Positions 37,428-50,765 of a DNA stretch of 64,000 nt are shown here, one piece after another. Positions within the stretch are counted from its first letter, which is position 1. Each line of letters opens with the position of its first letter. The translations under genes were made by a program, and so were the position numbers. Location: NCBI GenBank assembly GCA_904063045.1, contig CAJFCJ010000003.1:124001-188000 (forward strand), given 5' to 3'. The stretch comes from Dimorphilus gyrociliatus (lineage: Eukaryota; Animalia; Annelida). The notes beneath the pieces were generated by a model. It worked only from the letters and a program-made list of their open reading frames with translations. It was not told the origin of the DNA and ran no database searches.

Positions 37428-38118
37428 GGAGTGGTGAATAGTTAATGTACTCGTATTGTATTATTGTTTCACGATAAGAGATTAAATATTATTATAGTTA
37501 TTGAAGACTATCTTTCAAAAAGAGAGTTTATACCTATTTGAATACCTCTTGCGCCTATTTGTTTTAATAGAGTATACTTAATAGTATTCATTTGCGGAGG
37601 GAAAGAGGAGCAACTAGGGAGTTTTGGATTAAATATAAAGAGCGAGTCGATAATTAGGATATCTTGTGAAAAATGTTTTAAACTACAAATACCAATAATA
37701 TCAATTTAACAAAGATACATTCATACATGTCAAATGCTCACAGATAATCTGAATTTTCAACCATCCATCAATCTATCCTTCTACTTTTCTTTGCAATTAA
37801 ATTCTACATCTAAGTAAATCAGTGTAATTCATTTTATTTAAATAGAAAAATAGGCTAAATTATAATTGTCCTTCAAGATAGATAGCTATCTGAGAAAAAA
37901 ATTAAAGGAAATATGCATTTGGAAAGAAACTCCTATTACATGTCCAAAGGCGATTAATAGAAACAAGTTGAGTATAATTGAATAAAATACTTAAAAGAGA
38001 ATTAAAGCGTTAAAGTATAATATATTCGATGCCTTAACGGCTTCAGAGTTTACGAATAGTATAAAACACGAAATTAATTGACTGCTTTAGGTGTTCTTTT
38101 CACTTTTAGTATCTAAAC

Positions 38119-38151
<33 letters not shown>

Positions 38152-40834
38152 GAGAATGATAGAGATACATTGTTTCAAAGAAAGAAAATGTGTTAATATT
38201 GATTACAAATTATTGTTCATATTTATATATATATACTGTATTAAAGTGTGCGTATGCATGTATGCATGTAGGGATGGATGGATAGATGGAGATAAGGCTG
38301 CTTGTCCAAATTCAAATCTGAGCCAGTCACTTTGCCTTTCCGAAGAGTTACTGTAATGTTTTTATCTTTGATGTAATTATAAATTATATGAAGGGAGAGA
38401 GAGAGAAAGCAAGCAAAAGGAATATTGTCAAATATATTATTTATCTTTTTATTGTAACCATTTTCGACTACTTTTAATAAACTCTTAATAGTTTCTTTTA
38501 TGGAATAATTGTTCGATAGACAGCAAGTAATATCATTTTCGCACTATTAACTAAAGAAGAAGAAGTAGCTAGAGAAGAGAATCTCGAGTATATTTCCCAA
38601 GATTCTTAGCAAATCTTCTATAAATGCACTATGCGGTAAACAGTAAACAGTATACAATATAGGAACAATGTATGTTATTGTAAAAAAAAGGGAAAAAAAC
38701 GAAACGTTATAGATGAGTTTTGCAAAAAAAAACAATCAATTCTTGTTAATTCCTTTTGTTGGCATTCAACTCTCTTAATTTTATAGTTTCAAATCAATTG
38801 ACTATAGCTTACAAAGTACATTATACAGTGTATATATACATCATTCTGTAAAATTAATAGTTTGATCGCAATACAGGATAACATCGGTGAGGAATTTTCA
38901 TAAGGTGTGAGAGAATATAAATTACCTATCTTTTTTATGGATTATAGCTGCTAAAACAGCTTTTAAACAGTTCTAATCGATATGATAGATTTTATAAAGA
39001 TATTCTGCTTGAGTGATGAAGCGTGCTATAAACACTACTTGGTTACTTAACAACTCATTTACGTAAGAAGAACACCCACTCTATACTAATATATGTACTT
39101 AATATATTTACTTATAAATATTATCCGTAGGACATGTGTCAATAATATTCTTTTTCTTCTTTTTTTTAATCATTCCCCTTCGTTCTCCTTCAGTCTTCCT
39201 TCCTTCGCTCTCATACTTGCTTACTCCCTCTCTCGCTCACTCACTCACACTCTCTTCCTTCCTTCCTTCCAAAAAATTTTGCTTAATAATAACAATATTT
39301 TTAAGACTTATTTACATTCATATATTATTAAATAGTATATATTTAAATGAGAAATATACACTATTCACAGTAAAAGTGAAGGTTTGGGAAATCGGAATGG
39401 GAACACTTGGATAGAGATCCCTTGAATTGAAAAATCAATGCATTTATTTCATAAATTCATTTATTTACTTATTCACTTAGTGTTGCCCACTTTCTATTTA
39501 TTGGAACTTATTTAATAAATATAATATATGAAATTGACGCTTGCCTGGATAGATTTAATAGCTCATTTAAAAGTCTATTAATCTTCTGGAGCCGAATCCT
39601 GGATCAGGTAATTTTCAGGGATTGAAATTCAAATTTTCTTCTCTTTAAGTCATATGAAATGTATCACTTACAAAAGGTAAGCTTGTTATAATAATTGTAA
39701 ACAAACAACTATAATTAATTATATATCGAAGAGGCAAGAAGACGGTAAAGTGGAGGAAGAGGGACGAGAAGAAGACGATGAAGAAGAGGACGAAGAAGAA
39801 GAAGAGAGCTGTTAGGCTGTCAAGTGTATTTGTTATAACACCTAAGAAGTAAATATAAGAGAATGTTTTATTCTATTCCTCCGTCTCAGCTTGTTTAATG
39901 GCGAAGGACGAAAAGAGATGAAGAAGAAGAAGAAGAATGATAAAAAGTTTTCATCCATTTTTGAATGATTCTCTAGTCTGTGTACAATTGCCATTGAAGC
40001 TATACGTATTTATAATTGTGAACTTTTGTTAAGTAGAGCTTAAATTAAAAGAACAATCATGCTGTAAATCACCGTAGGATAAGCACATTATCATTTCAAG
40101 TTGACTGACGGCCGAGTATAATATTTCCATTTAGATTAGAGAGTTTGTAGTAATCAACCTCTAATATGTGGATTATTTTGGGGTATTTTGTAAGTTAATA
40201 GTGTAATTTTATCGTTCAGATGGCTTATTAATATACTTGTATAGAAATAAACTGATAAAAGAAGGTGAACGAGAATAAGAAAGAAAGCTCAACTGCAGAA
40301 CTGTATAATGAAGAGAAGGGAAGGAGGGAGGTATAAAAGGTGAAAGTCTTTACCATTCTAATTAATTCTTCCTATATTTTGCGTAGGTGGCAAAGATTGA
40401 TCTAACTACTCAAACCTATAGATTTAGTTTTATGGACAGAAAAAAAAAACTGCATACGCAAGATGAAACGTCATGAATCCACTTCCGCTTTCCTAGTACT
40501 CCAAAGAATATTACATTTCGGTCGGCGTAAATCATCACGTAATCCATCTTTTTCTTTTATTTAATTTTATTCCTTATCATGACAATTCAACTAGTCGTTT
40601 ACTTTTTGCTTAGTGTAATATCCCAAGCAAAGAAGGATCAATTGTTTGTTTTGTTTTGTTTGTTTGTTTGTTTGTTAAAAAGCGAAAAGAGAAAAGAAAG
40701 ATTTTAATAAAGAGAAATGAATTTTGTTTTCATTAATTTTATTCTTGAATTCTTTTTCTAAAACTGTTTTTTCGACAATTTGAGAGGAAAGTTTTAATCT
40801 AGTTTTGATTGTTGAATAAAGAGGATTATTTAAG

Positions 40835-40880
<46 letters not shown>

Positions 40881-41202
40881 ATCTCATATAATATAAAGTT
40901 TCTTTAAAAATAATCACGAAAGAAAATAATTCAATTTTTGTTTTTGTTTTCCTTTTAAGATCAAAAAGATGAAAAACTGTTTTTCTTTAGTTTTATTAAT
41001 CTTTTTTTCTGAGAGACACAAGCAAAAATGTTTGAATTTTTCAAAAGAAGAAAATTAAATTCACCCAACTTTACCAATATTTGTTTTATTTTTGTTTTTT
41101 TTTTGTCTTTTTTGCAATGTTTATTATTCATTTTCTTTTTTAGTATCCTTTTTTTGGTATGTTTGGTTTTCTTTCTTTCTTTCTTCCTTTCTAAATATTT
41201 CT

Positions 41203-41987
41203 TTATTTTTTACCAATTAAAGCCATTTCGCACTCAGTCACATCTATTCAGAGTAAAAAAAGAGATAAAAACGGATAAGACGTTTATTATAATCGTAGAT
41301 AGGCAGATAGATAGATCGATTGATAGTATGGTTAAAGTTAGAAGAGAAAACACGAAAGAAAAAGAGATGAACGAAGGAGGTGACTACTTCCATTGATATA
41401 TTATTACTACTTATATACAGTATAAACAGAGAGTCATAAATTATAATAAGCCGAATGTTCGATTGATTAGTTCATTCAATTCATTAATTGCTTAATGAAT
41501 AAATTAAATCTTTAATAAAAGAATTAAATCAAAGAAAGTACTTACCGCTTAGTTCTTTCCTTTTCAGAAAAGCCCGAACGTTACCTTGCTGATGAATATT
41601 AATAATAATGAAATTAGAAAAGTAGTTAAAACACAGATAAGGAGGTAGAGGAGGATGAGGAGAAAAGGGATAGGAATACGAATTAGGATAATCGTCAAAT
41701 GGAATATGCATATTAAATCTCAATAAATATAAGGGAAAGATTAATTCTTTAATTAATTCAATACAGCTATTCCATAATTGGTTTACAATCATTTTTACCT
41801 TTTCCTTTTGTTTTCGTATCAAGCATTTCATTAAGTTTTGAAAGTTATCATTGGGTATTATATCTTGCCCGCCATTTCCAGGAATAATAAATAGACTGTC
41901 ATCGTCATCGTCCTCTTCGATAGGTGCACAACTTATCGATGAAACATAGAAAACCGATAGAATGAAGAAAGCCGTTAAAAACTTCAT
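41203..41987 (-). CDS. Small secreted precursor protein (90 aa): signal peptide, acidic pro-region, basic two-Cys segment, C-terminal GKK
   Basis: Exons 41987-41799 (donor AAG|GTAAAA), 41588-41546 (donor G|GTAAGT) and 41243-41203 (pyrimidine tract plus TAG acceptor) join in frame. Product: MKFLTAFFILSVFYVSSISC-APIEEDDDDDSLFIIPGNGGQDIIPNDNFQNLMKCLIRKQKEK-QGNVRAFLKRKELS-DVTECEMALIGKK*. Exon 1 is well supported; exons 2-3 are my reconstruction. Confidence 0.7.
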
Positions 41988-42490
41988 AATTCCTTTCTCA
42001 GAGAGAATCTTTTAGCTGTTTCTTCCCGAGCTCGACAGAGAGTGTAAAATTCTTTTCCGTGTATCCTCTGTAGTGAGGGCGTGTTGTTATGAATATTAAT
42101 TAGTTGGCGTGTACCTCTTACTCTACTTCTACGTTTGACACAAGAAATTTTAGAAAACGATATATCAACATATCAAACTTTAAAAATATTTGAACAATAC
42201 CAAGCAGAAGAAGAATGAGGAACAAAAGGGGAGATGAAGGGAGGCGGGAATGGAGGAAGAAAGGAAGGATTAGATTGTCGGGGAGAGAAAATCAGAAATA
42301 ATGTAATTGCAGTCTTTAGAGCTTAAATACCCAAAGATTTATATTTTCTAATAACTTTCATAGAAATCTATTCTTTTTTTCCTGTATTGTCTATATATAG
42401 TAGATGAAGATGACAATCTTAAGGAAAATTACTCTACTATAGATGGTAAAATAAAAAGGAAGACGGAATAGAGAAATATAGAAAAGGGAT

Positions 42491-42536
<46 letters not shown>

Positions 42537-43009
42537 GGAGACAGACAGGCGGATAGAGTAAAAGAATATACCATAAAAAAAACTTTTATCTTTATCCTTT
42601 TGTGTGAAAACATCTTTTAAACTTTAGTTTTCCTTCTTGAGAAGCTTTATAAGGGTGATTAAATCCGCTTAAGCGGGATAGGGAAATCGACAGATTTAAG
42701 AGAAAGACAAGAGAAAGACAAATGGTTAGTGTTGGATTGGATATAAAAGAATTGATTAGATATTTTTTAATTGTCAAAATGGTATTGTATTACGAAATAT
42801 TACGCTTAAATAAGCAATTTTTTTTTATAATATTAAAATATAATGATAGGATAAACAGGGAATAATTCGAGAAATATGACAAAATAAATGCTCATAAATT
42901 TCTTTAGCCTTTTCTTTTATTTTCTTTTTTTTTTAATTCTTCAATAACGTTATTCTTCAGACATTTAATCTTTTAACGTATATTTTTATACATTATCCAC
43001 TCCCCTTCC

Positions 43010-43058
<49 letters not shown>

Positions 43059-44849
43059 ACACACACACATATTCATATATACACCTCTCCTCTTTAAAAA
43101 GTTTCACACTTCTCGTTTACCAATCTCTCATCATCTCATTTGATGAATAATGAGATATTTTAGTAAAGAGGAAAAAGAAGGGTAAGGTTCTTAGTCTCTG
43201 CGTATATGTAGAGGTGTGTGCGTGAAGAGAGGGGCAGGGGAAATGAGCCAGTAAAAGAGGAAGCATAACAAATTTATGAAAAAATTGTGACAATTTTATT
43301 AATCAGTAATTTTGGTATTTAAAAAGAGAAAAGAAGAATAATAAAAGCAGTTCTATATTTAGCTGTTTCTTGTACTATTATTGAAAATGTATATCTAGTA
43401 TATGAATTAAAAAGTGTTAAAAAAACAAAACATAAAAACAATAGAAATAGTTGAAAAAAATTTCACTTTGTTCTTAAATAAAGAATAAAAAGTAATGTAG
43501 TAAACAATGATATAAAGTGTATTCATATATATAAATTCTACCCAAATATACTATTCATTCTCTTAGAAATTCTATGCTTTCTTTTATTCTTAAATTCTTT
43601 CACTTTCTTACAATTTACAGATTCTTCCTCCCCCTCCTCCCCCTCCTCCACATCTCAATCTCTTTTACAGGCTCAACTATCTGTCTAATAATCAATAATT
43701 GACAATATAACATTTTTTACTATTCGTTTATCATTACTTAAAAACTTGTCAAGTAATTTAATAAGTTTCTTTAAGAAAGATTATGACGATTATCCTGAGT
43801 AAACATGATAGTATTTCTTTTATTTCTATGTCTATTCAACTGAAAAAGTCACTACCTTTCATACTCTTAGGAAAAAATCAGGCGAATGTTTTGTTGTAGA
43901 CTACTGATATCTCATAAAGCTTGACCTTTACTAGTGGAGTGTGTATATTATGTATTATTTGTTTGTTTCCATCAATGTAATGTTATTAAAATTTCTTGTC
44001 CTCTTTTTATGTAATCTTTCTTTCTTTTTGTGTGTTTTGTTGTCTGTATGTTTCTGTTTCTGTCTCTCACACACACATACACACACACACCTACACACCC
44101 TTTCTCTTTCTCTCTCTCTCTCTCTCTCACGTAAATATTCATAAGTTTGTCAAGAAGTTTTTAACTTTGTCTTTTTGCCAATAAAACCGTATCGCCATCT
44201 GTTGATTAATTGAAAACTATAGAAAAGTTTCTTGTATTTGAAACTCTGAAAAATAACACCCAAGAACTACAAGATGGAAGGAGGCAATAAAAAACCACAA
44301 TAAAGACATGGGAAAATGCAGAAAAATTTAACAAGCCAGGATGAGAATGATGATAGAGTCAAAGTTTAGTCACCTATACATGCTGAAAGAAATAGAGGTT
44401 ATGTAGGAGGAAAGGGAAACGAAGAAGAGAAAGGGTAATCACTGAAATAGTTTGTAGCAAAATAAGTGGAAGAGAAAATAAGAAAATTGAATTTTATCAC
44501 TATATTATATGAAATTAATGTATAAATAATGAGAATAAATAGATAGAAAGTAATTATATCGGGGGCCTAAAAAAGACACTAAGAGAGTATATCTTATTTA
44601 CAGCGAAACGCTAATCGAGGTATAGATTTCGTGCCAGCAGTGTTGCTTAGAATAAGAGACAGATGTATATATATTAGTATATATATATTAGTATATATAT
44701 ACATTTATATAATATACATATATACAATATATAAAGTGTATTAAACAATTAAGTGCGAGTATTACGAAAAGGTTAGTATTTCAATCAATGAAATGCTACT
44801 ACTGGAGAAATTACCAAATAGTTTTATAATGCTCGTATATAGAATGAAG

Positions 44850-44889
<40 letters not shown>

Positions 44890-46102
44890 AAGTTCAATCT
44901 AATTGCATATAAATCAACAAGAAAGGAGGAAAAATAGAAAATTTAGGTTGATTTAATATAGAAGATTCTTAAACACAATAGAAAGACATATGTGTAGTCT
45001 GAAGAATTTCTATTGTAATATTGTAAGTATATACAATACGGACCCTTTTCCAATTATTATAAATTTGCCTTTAATTATCCATTCTAAAGTTTATCAAAGT
45101 ATAAGAGATTAATAGCAATTTCATACTATCCTATTATATTGCCTGTAACAAAGAATGATAAACTTGTTATCCAACCACGTACTAATTTTAATCCACTCCA
45201 TACACCTGTATACTGTATGTATAATAGAGTTTTAATAATTTATTAAAAATTTAACCTATTTACATTCAATACGAAGAAGAGAAATGAATGCGAAAAGAAA
45301 CGAAGAAAAAACTAAAGAAAACGATGAGCCAATCAACTCTTTCTTTCATTTTTAATATTTGTATTCGTCTCTTTTCTTCTCCTTCTTCGTCTTCTTATTC
45401 ATTTCTTACAGCATAGCATAGATTTCTCCTATTCAAAAATATTCTTCTCTCTTCTTTAACAGCATCTTGCAAAAGAGAGAAATCTACTGGATTTCGTGTA
45501 ATAAATTACAAATAAATATATTATAAATAAACAAACATTTTCGTATAATTAGACTAAATGCCCTTATTTATATCTTTCTTCTCTGCTCTCTTCTTGTTGA
45601 ACAGTAACAAAGTAAAACAAAATAACCAATTCTTCATTTGCATATACATCTCAAACAGATGGCGTTGTAGGAGACAAGTGAACAAAACAAAAAGAAAAAG
45701 ATAAAGAAAAGAAGCACTATTATCTACATTCTAGTAAAAAAAATAGAAACAGTAAAGCGTTCATTATTCTGTTTAATTAATATTCAATTAAGAAATATTT
45801 TCCAATTACTTTCTTTTCACTTTTTCTTTAAAATAACAAGGAGAAGAGGAAAAGAAACAAATCTTTTTCCTACTTTTAATCTGCTCTTTCTCTCTCTGTC
45901 TCTCTCTCTTTTGCTTTTTTCAAGTAAAATCTTCAATAAAGAAATGAAAAGAAAAATAAATAGAAACAAAAAACACCAAAACAAAATATTAGAAATAAAT
46001 AGAAATAAATACAAATACAAAAAGAAAAGACGGTTTTGCTTTTGAATTGTCGTTGTTGCTCTCTAATAGAAAAATTCTCAATTTGCTCTTTGAAACAATG
46101 AT

Positions 46103-48679
46103 TCAGGAATACAAGACGAAATTCTTCAATCTGGCTGGTAATGTTAAGGATTGAACTCTCTCTTCCATATTCTTTTTACCGATACTCTTTCTTATAATCC
46201 TTCGGCACAAGTCGGCTAATGGCATAGGTTCCGCTGTTTGAAAAAATAATTGAATGAAATTAGAATGCAGGTTAACTTGTTTTTTATTTAAATAGATTTC
46301 TATTCTTGTTTATTTGCGCAAGGCCAACGTGTTTTTTAGCTTATATTAACCATTTGCAAAGAAAATCGTATGGGTATACGAAAACAAATTATTGGCTATT
46401 TATAATAGGTGCTATATATTCAGGATGGGACAGTATACACTCGGTGGACGGATGGATGAATAAATAGACTGATAGACAGATAGACAGAAAGAACGAATAC
46501 GCGGCGAAAAGATAGAAAGACAGATAAAGAGACAGAGAGTGAAAGAGAAAGTTATATACAATGTAATACAAGTGTTAATTGTATACATGTTCTGTATATA
46601 TCTACAAATGAGTTTTATCTTTGCTTATCTCTGGTTAAGGAAATAAGCGTTACGAGTTTCTTTGTTCACAGAAACGGCGCCCCGCCCACCGAATATGTCT
46701 ATTTTTAGAACAGAAAACGCGCATCTGGCGTTTTATTTTCGAACTAAAAAAGCGGATACCTACCATCTAAACCGGCCAGATAATGCATGGAAATTTCGCA
46801 GTGCCCCCAGACGGCCGAGACGACTGGGTATAAGGTTTTTCCCTTTAAATTCCTAAAGGCAATTCCGAGAAATTTCCCCCCTGACAGAAACGAGAGCGTT
46901 CCCTCATCCATATCGAGAACAACTTGAACGCTATTGGCGGCTACAAAATTACTTTGACAAGGATAAGAACCAACAGGAGTCTTTGAACCATGTAATAAGC
47001 GATTTCTTCCCAACTCCCAACCCCAAGAATCCGTACCAGACCCAATTAACGAGTGATAACCAACGCAATGTAAAGAGGCTTCTTTCGTAGCAACGCCGAC
47101 AACGGCATGCGTTCCTCTTTGTTTAATGGGCCAATGTATTTGCCAGACATGAATTCCCTTTGTATAACCGATCTGAAAAGATAGAAATATTAAGTAAGAT
47201 AATTCTATTAATTGTATATACAGTAGTAGTATATCATATACATTTATATTACTATATATTTATATATTGTATTATTATTTTTCTATTGTATGGACTTTGC
47301 GAGTTTAAGAAAACAATTGAAAAAACTCTATTCTTTTTTAATAATTGTTTTAAGAGAGTTCACAGAGCAAAAGTACGTATATTTTTGACAAACAAGCTTT
47401 TAAAAATACTCGTTACTATTGCTCTCTCAATGTCCTCTCTACCTAACCATCTATTTATCTCTTCTCACCTCTCCCCTTCTCTCCCTCTCCCTCGCTACTT
47501 ATCTTGTGTTTCGTTTCATTTTATTTGTATACTCAATCATTCAATCACTATCCACCCATCCACCCACCCATTCATCCGTCCGACTCTTTTTATCTGTCTC
47601 TCCCTTCAGGCTTTCAGGTCAGAATGACCTGGAAAATTATATACAATTTCCAACTCTCTTTAGCAATCAATTTAATTAAAATCAACACAACTAAAGCGCA
47701 AAGAAAACAACAACTTTCCTAATCGCTGTCGTCTTGTTCTAATCAATTTACAGCTCGTTTTAGCCACTATCGTCTAAAATATCACACCAATTCACCCTTT
47801 CCCCATCCGTCGTTCCCCTCCCTCCCCTACCTTAATAAGCCAATTATCTACAGATTAAACTTTTACTCAATTCCTTTCTAGCAAAAAAAAATATTTCAGT
47901 TAGGCCTAAATGTAAATAGCATTAGGCAAAATAAATTCGGTATGCGTAATCATAGTATTTCTAGGAGTATCTTATCAATTCAGTAACTGGATTTAGTAAA
48001 GGATTTCCATGTCTATAAATAGATGATAGTTGTAGAAACAAAAATAAAAAAGAAGGCGAAGGAAAAGGAGTATTGCTTTTATTTATTCACTCATTCATTC
48101 ATTCATGCATTTATTTATTCTCTCTCTCTTTCTTACGCTCTTTCTTTCTCTCTCTCTGTCTTTCTTTCTTTCTTTCTCTCTCTCTCTGTTTCTCTCTCTC
48201 TCTCTATCTCTATCTCTCTGTATTTCTCTCTTCCTCTCTCTTTCCCTCTTCACCTATCTACCTTTTCTCTCTCTCTATATATATATACTATTAGTAAATA
48301 ATAAACTGAAACTTGTGCAATGAAGAAAACAAAGAGGTAAGTAGGATGATAAAATATAAAAAAGAAGCAGTTGAGGTAAAATGATTATAGCTACCTTCCC
48401 CCTTATACAGTCCGTACTTTGGGCTACTGGATGTCTATGGAACGTAAAAGGATCATCATCCTTAACGAAAACATTTAATGATCGATCTTCATTATTCCAA
48501 GCATGCAACGCCTGTAATTCCTTTGGTAATCTTGGTAATTCCAACAGAAATTCTAATCTTGACGGTTTTTCCAGTTGACTAGCATTGTTTACAGGTCTTT
48601 CCAGATTTCTGCGCTTTTTGTTTGATTCTTTTCGCCTTTCGAATTGCAGTTCTATTTTTGCGCAAGACACGTGCAGCAT
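46103..48679 (-). CDS. SPSB1: SPRY domain-containing SOCS box protein (SPSB1/4, gustavus orthologue), about 274 aa
   Basis: Exons 48679-48395, 47172-46764 and 46233-46103. Near-invariant SPSB motifs [62 protein letters not shown] and [13 protein letters not shown], followed by a SOCS box ([10 protein letters not shown]...[11 protein letters not shown]). The ATG is in an AAAATG context. Confidence 0.96.
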
Positions 48680-48735
48680 TTTCGCCTGTGATATAAAAGA
48701 GCTTCTGAGATCTTTCTGTAGAGATTCAAACTGCA

Positions 48736-48911
48736 GCGCCACCTACACGAGTCTAAAAATACGTAACGCGCTCCTTGCTTCGCGGTTAAACGCGTCGTCA
48801 CGTGACCATCGATGTCGGAAACAGGAGTAGTTCTTTGTCTCTTCCCCAGGGTTTCTCTTCGGACCTTTTAGCGATAAGCATGCGGGAGAGATAGCACGAT
48901 ACCCGCCACCT
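48736..48911 (-). promoter_or_regulatory. Probable SPSB promoter: CpG-rich patch with GTCACGTGAC and CTCF-like cores
   Basis: GTCACGTGAC at 48797-48806, CGCCACCT at 48737-48744 and 48904-48911, and many CGCG sites, 60-230 bp upstream of the SPSB ATG. Confidence 0.6.
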
Positions 48912-49322
48912 TCCGGTAGTTTTATTGTAATATGAGTAAAAGTCTTTTTTAGGAAACAGATTTTCTATTTGGGGTTTATGGACGAAAGAAAGAACGAAGA
49001 AAGAAATAAATAGAACATTTTTTTTTCTTTTCTTTCCTTTTTGTCTCGTTTTGAATGAGTTTCTTGAACAAATTCTTATTGAATAATACATCAAATATAA
49101 ACCTTTTACATTAAGTAAGATATTAAAAAGATATAAATAAAATGTGGAGAGGTTAATAACAGATTTTGTTTGCTGTTCAAAACGGAAACAAACACTATAG
49201 TTACGTTGATAGAAAATGAATGAAGGAAAGGCGAATAGGAGGATAAAGATAGGGATAAGGGCGAACAATATTGAATATTTTAAATACGACACATTTACAA
49301 GGTGAAAATGTGCTCCGTTTTC

Positions 49323-50438
49323 TTATTTGTTGATGGAACCGGATGTTGAAGAAACGTAGACTGATTCACTTTTCTTTTCCTTGTTTTCAGACAAGAGGCA
49401 ACCGCAAAACATTTTTACGGCCTTTCTTCTAAATTTATCATATTGCAAAGTGTACAGAGGAGGATTAATGATGGCGTTTGCAACGTGAAAGAGTACACTC
49501 ATTTGATAGACATCTCCAAAACTCATGTTGTTACCGGCACTCAACATCATGAAATAGATGGCGTTAAAACTATTACACACCGCAAAGCCAACTGTAACTA
49601 ATAGTAAAGTTTTAAATAAGGTTTTTTGAGCGGCAAACTTTTTCTTTTGTTGCGCATCCGATTCTTTAATCATAGTATTTTGCTGTCTTATCTTATAGGC
49701 CATGTGAATATTTGTCACAATAAGAAAGATAAATGGTACAAGCCATTCAATAATTACTTTCATCATACCGTAAAAGTTTTTGACTTCTTCGCTTGGGAAA
49801 TCAATCCACGCAATACAATTACGATTATCGTTCACTTTTGCCGGTATACCAATAAAGAATATTCCATATCCCAAGCCCCAGAACCAGACTATGAACATGG
49901 TAATTTTTATTCTATGCTTAGTCACTAATCTCTGATGTTTTAATGGGAAAATAATGGCTATGTAACGCTCGGCTGTCATTAGGCATAAATTTAAGGTTGA
50001 AGCGTAATAACCTCCCCATAATGCGCCAGTTATATGCCAAAATCTGCAATAGATCTCCCTAACCCAAGCCCAAGGAATATCCGGGGTAAAATCATCCGAA
50101 AAGATATTCATAGCAAAGTAGATTATTAGTATAATAGAGCAATATAGATCGACGCATGATTGGTTAACTAAGAGAATATCGTGAATTTTCATCGACTTGG
50201 CGTATAGAACAATTATGACGAGAACATTTCCCAAAATTCCAACAACGCCGAAAAAGTATGAGATTATTTTTTGTAATTCGTCACTAATCACATCAATTAC
50301 CTCCTTCTTTGGTGGAGGTTCTACATTACCTCCAGTCGTTGAATCGTCCATTCCATATCCAATTGTATGATTAAAGCTAGAGTCGTTGTTCGTAAAGCAA
50401 ACGCCGAATAAGACGAAAATGATGAAAAGTCGAAACAT
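49323..50438 (-). CDS. Intronless-CDS class A (rhodopsin-like) GPCR, probable peptide/orphan receptor, 371 aa from the first ATG
   Basis: Seven hydrophobic segments with GN in TM1, NQSCVD in TM2, a TM3 Cys and ECL2 Cys pair, ERY, and NPPLY in TM7. A predicted N-terminal signal peptide (MFRLFIIFVLFGVCFT) is followed by N-glycosylation sequons (NDS, NHT). The ORF track start at 50471 is GTG; the first ATG is at 50438. Confidence 0.93.
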   Translation of the reverse strand: MFRLFIIFVLFGVCFTNNDSSFNHTIGYGMDDSTTGGNVEPPPKKEVIDVISDELQKIISYFFGVVGILGNVLVIIVLYAKSMKIHDILLVNQSCVDLYCSIILIIYFAMNIFSDDFTPDIPWAWVREIYCRFWHITGALWGGYYASTLNLCLMTAERYIAIIFPLKHQRLVTKHRIKITMFIVWFWGLGYGIFFIGIPAKVNDNRNCIAWIDFPSEEVKNFYGMMKVIIEWLVPFIFLIVTNIHMAYKIRQQNTMIKESDAQQKKKFAAQKTLFKTLLLVTVGFAVCNSFNAIYFMMLSAGNNMSFGDVYQMSVLFHVANAIINPPLYTLQYDKFRRKAVKMFCGCLLSENKEKKSESVYVSSTSGSINK

Positions 50439-50765
50439 ATTGAATAGCCGAATGAGAGAATTAGTAGCCACCTCCTACCTTTTAAATCTGTTCGACGAAA
50501 GCTTAAAAAGTATCATAGAAATCATAAAACATACTTTAACTATGATAATTGATATGCTTCATCTATCTCAACTATTTGATATCTTTTTTCTAAACTACCG
50601 GTTTCTCGCTTTGATTGGGAGAGGAACTTACAGTCGGCGATCATAAAAACCCTAAAACTTCAACTGATTCTCTCTTTCATTTAATTTATTTCTGAAATAA
50701 AAAAAAAAAAAACTCAACAAGACAAAACTGAACGAAAAACCAAAAAATAAGAGAAGCTTCTTCCG

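Noticed and set aside
44230-44440. Purine-rich, protein-like stretch that might be a decayed retroelement fragment
   Set aside because: Stops in all frames and no recognisable RT, endonuclease or integrase motif.
47160-48323. Several hydrophobic + strand ORFs rich in F, L and S (also 17201-17515, 39093-39414, 41028-41396, 43941-44184, 61857-62165, 62465-62734)
   Set aside because: Translations of (CT)n/(TTC)n microsatellites and pyrimidine-rich introns; no domain signal.
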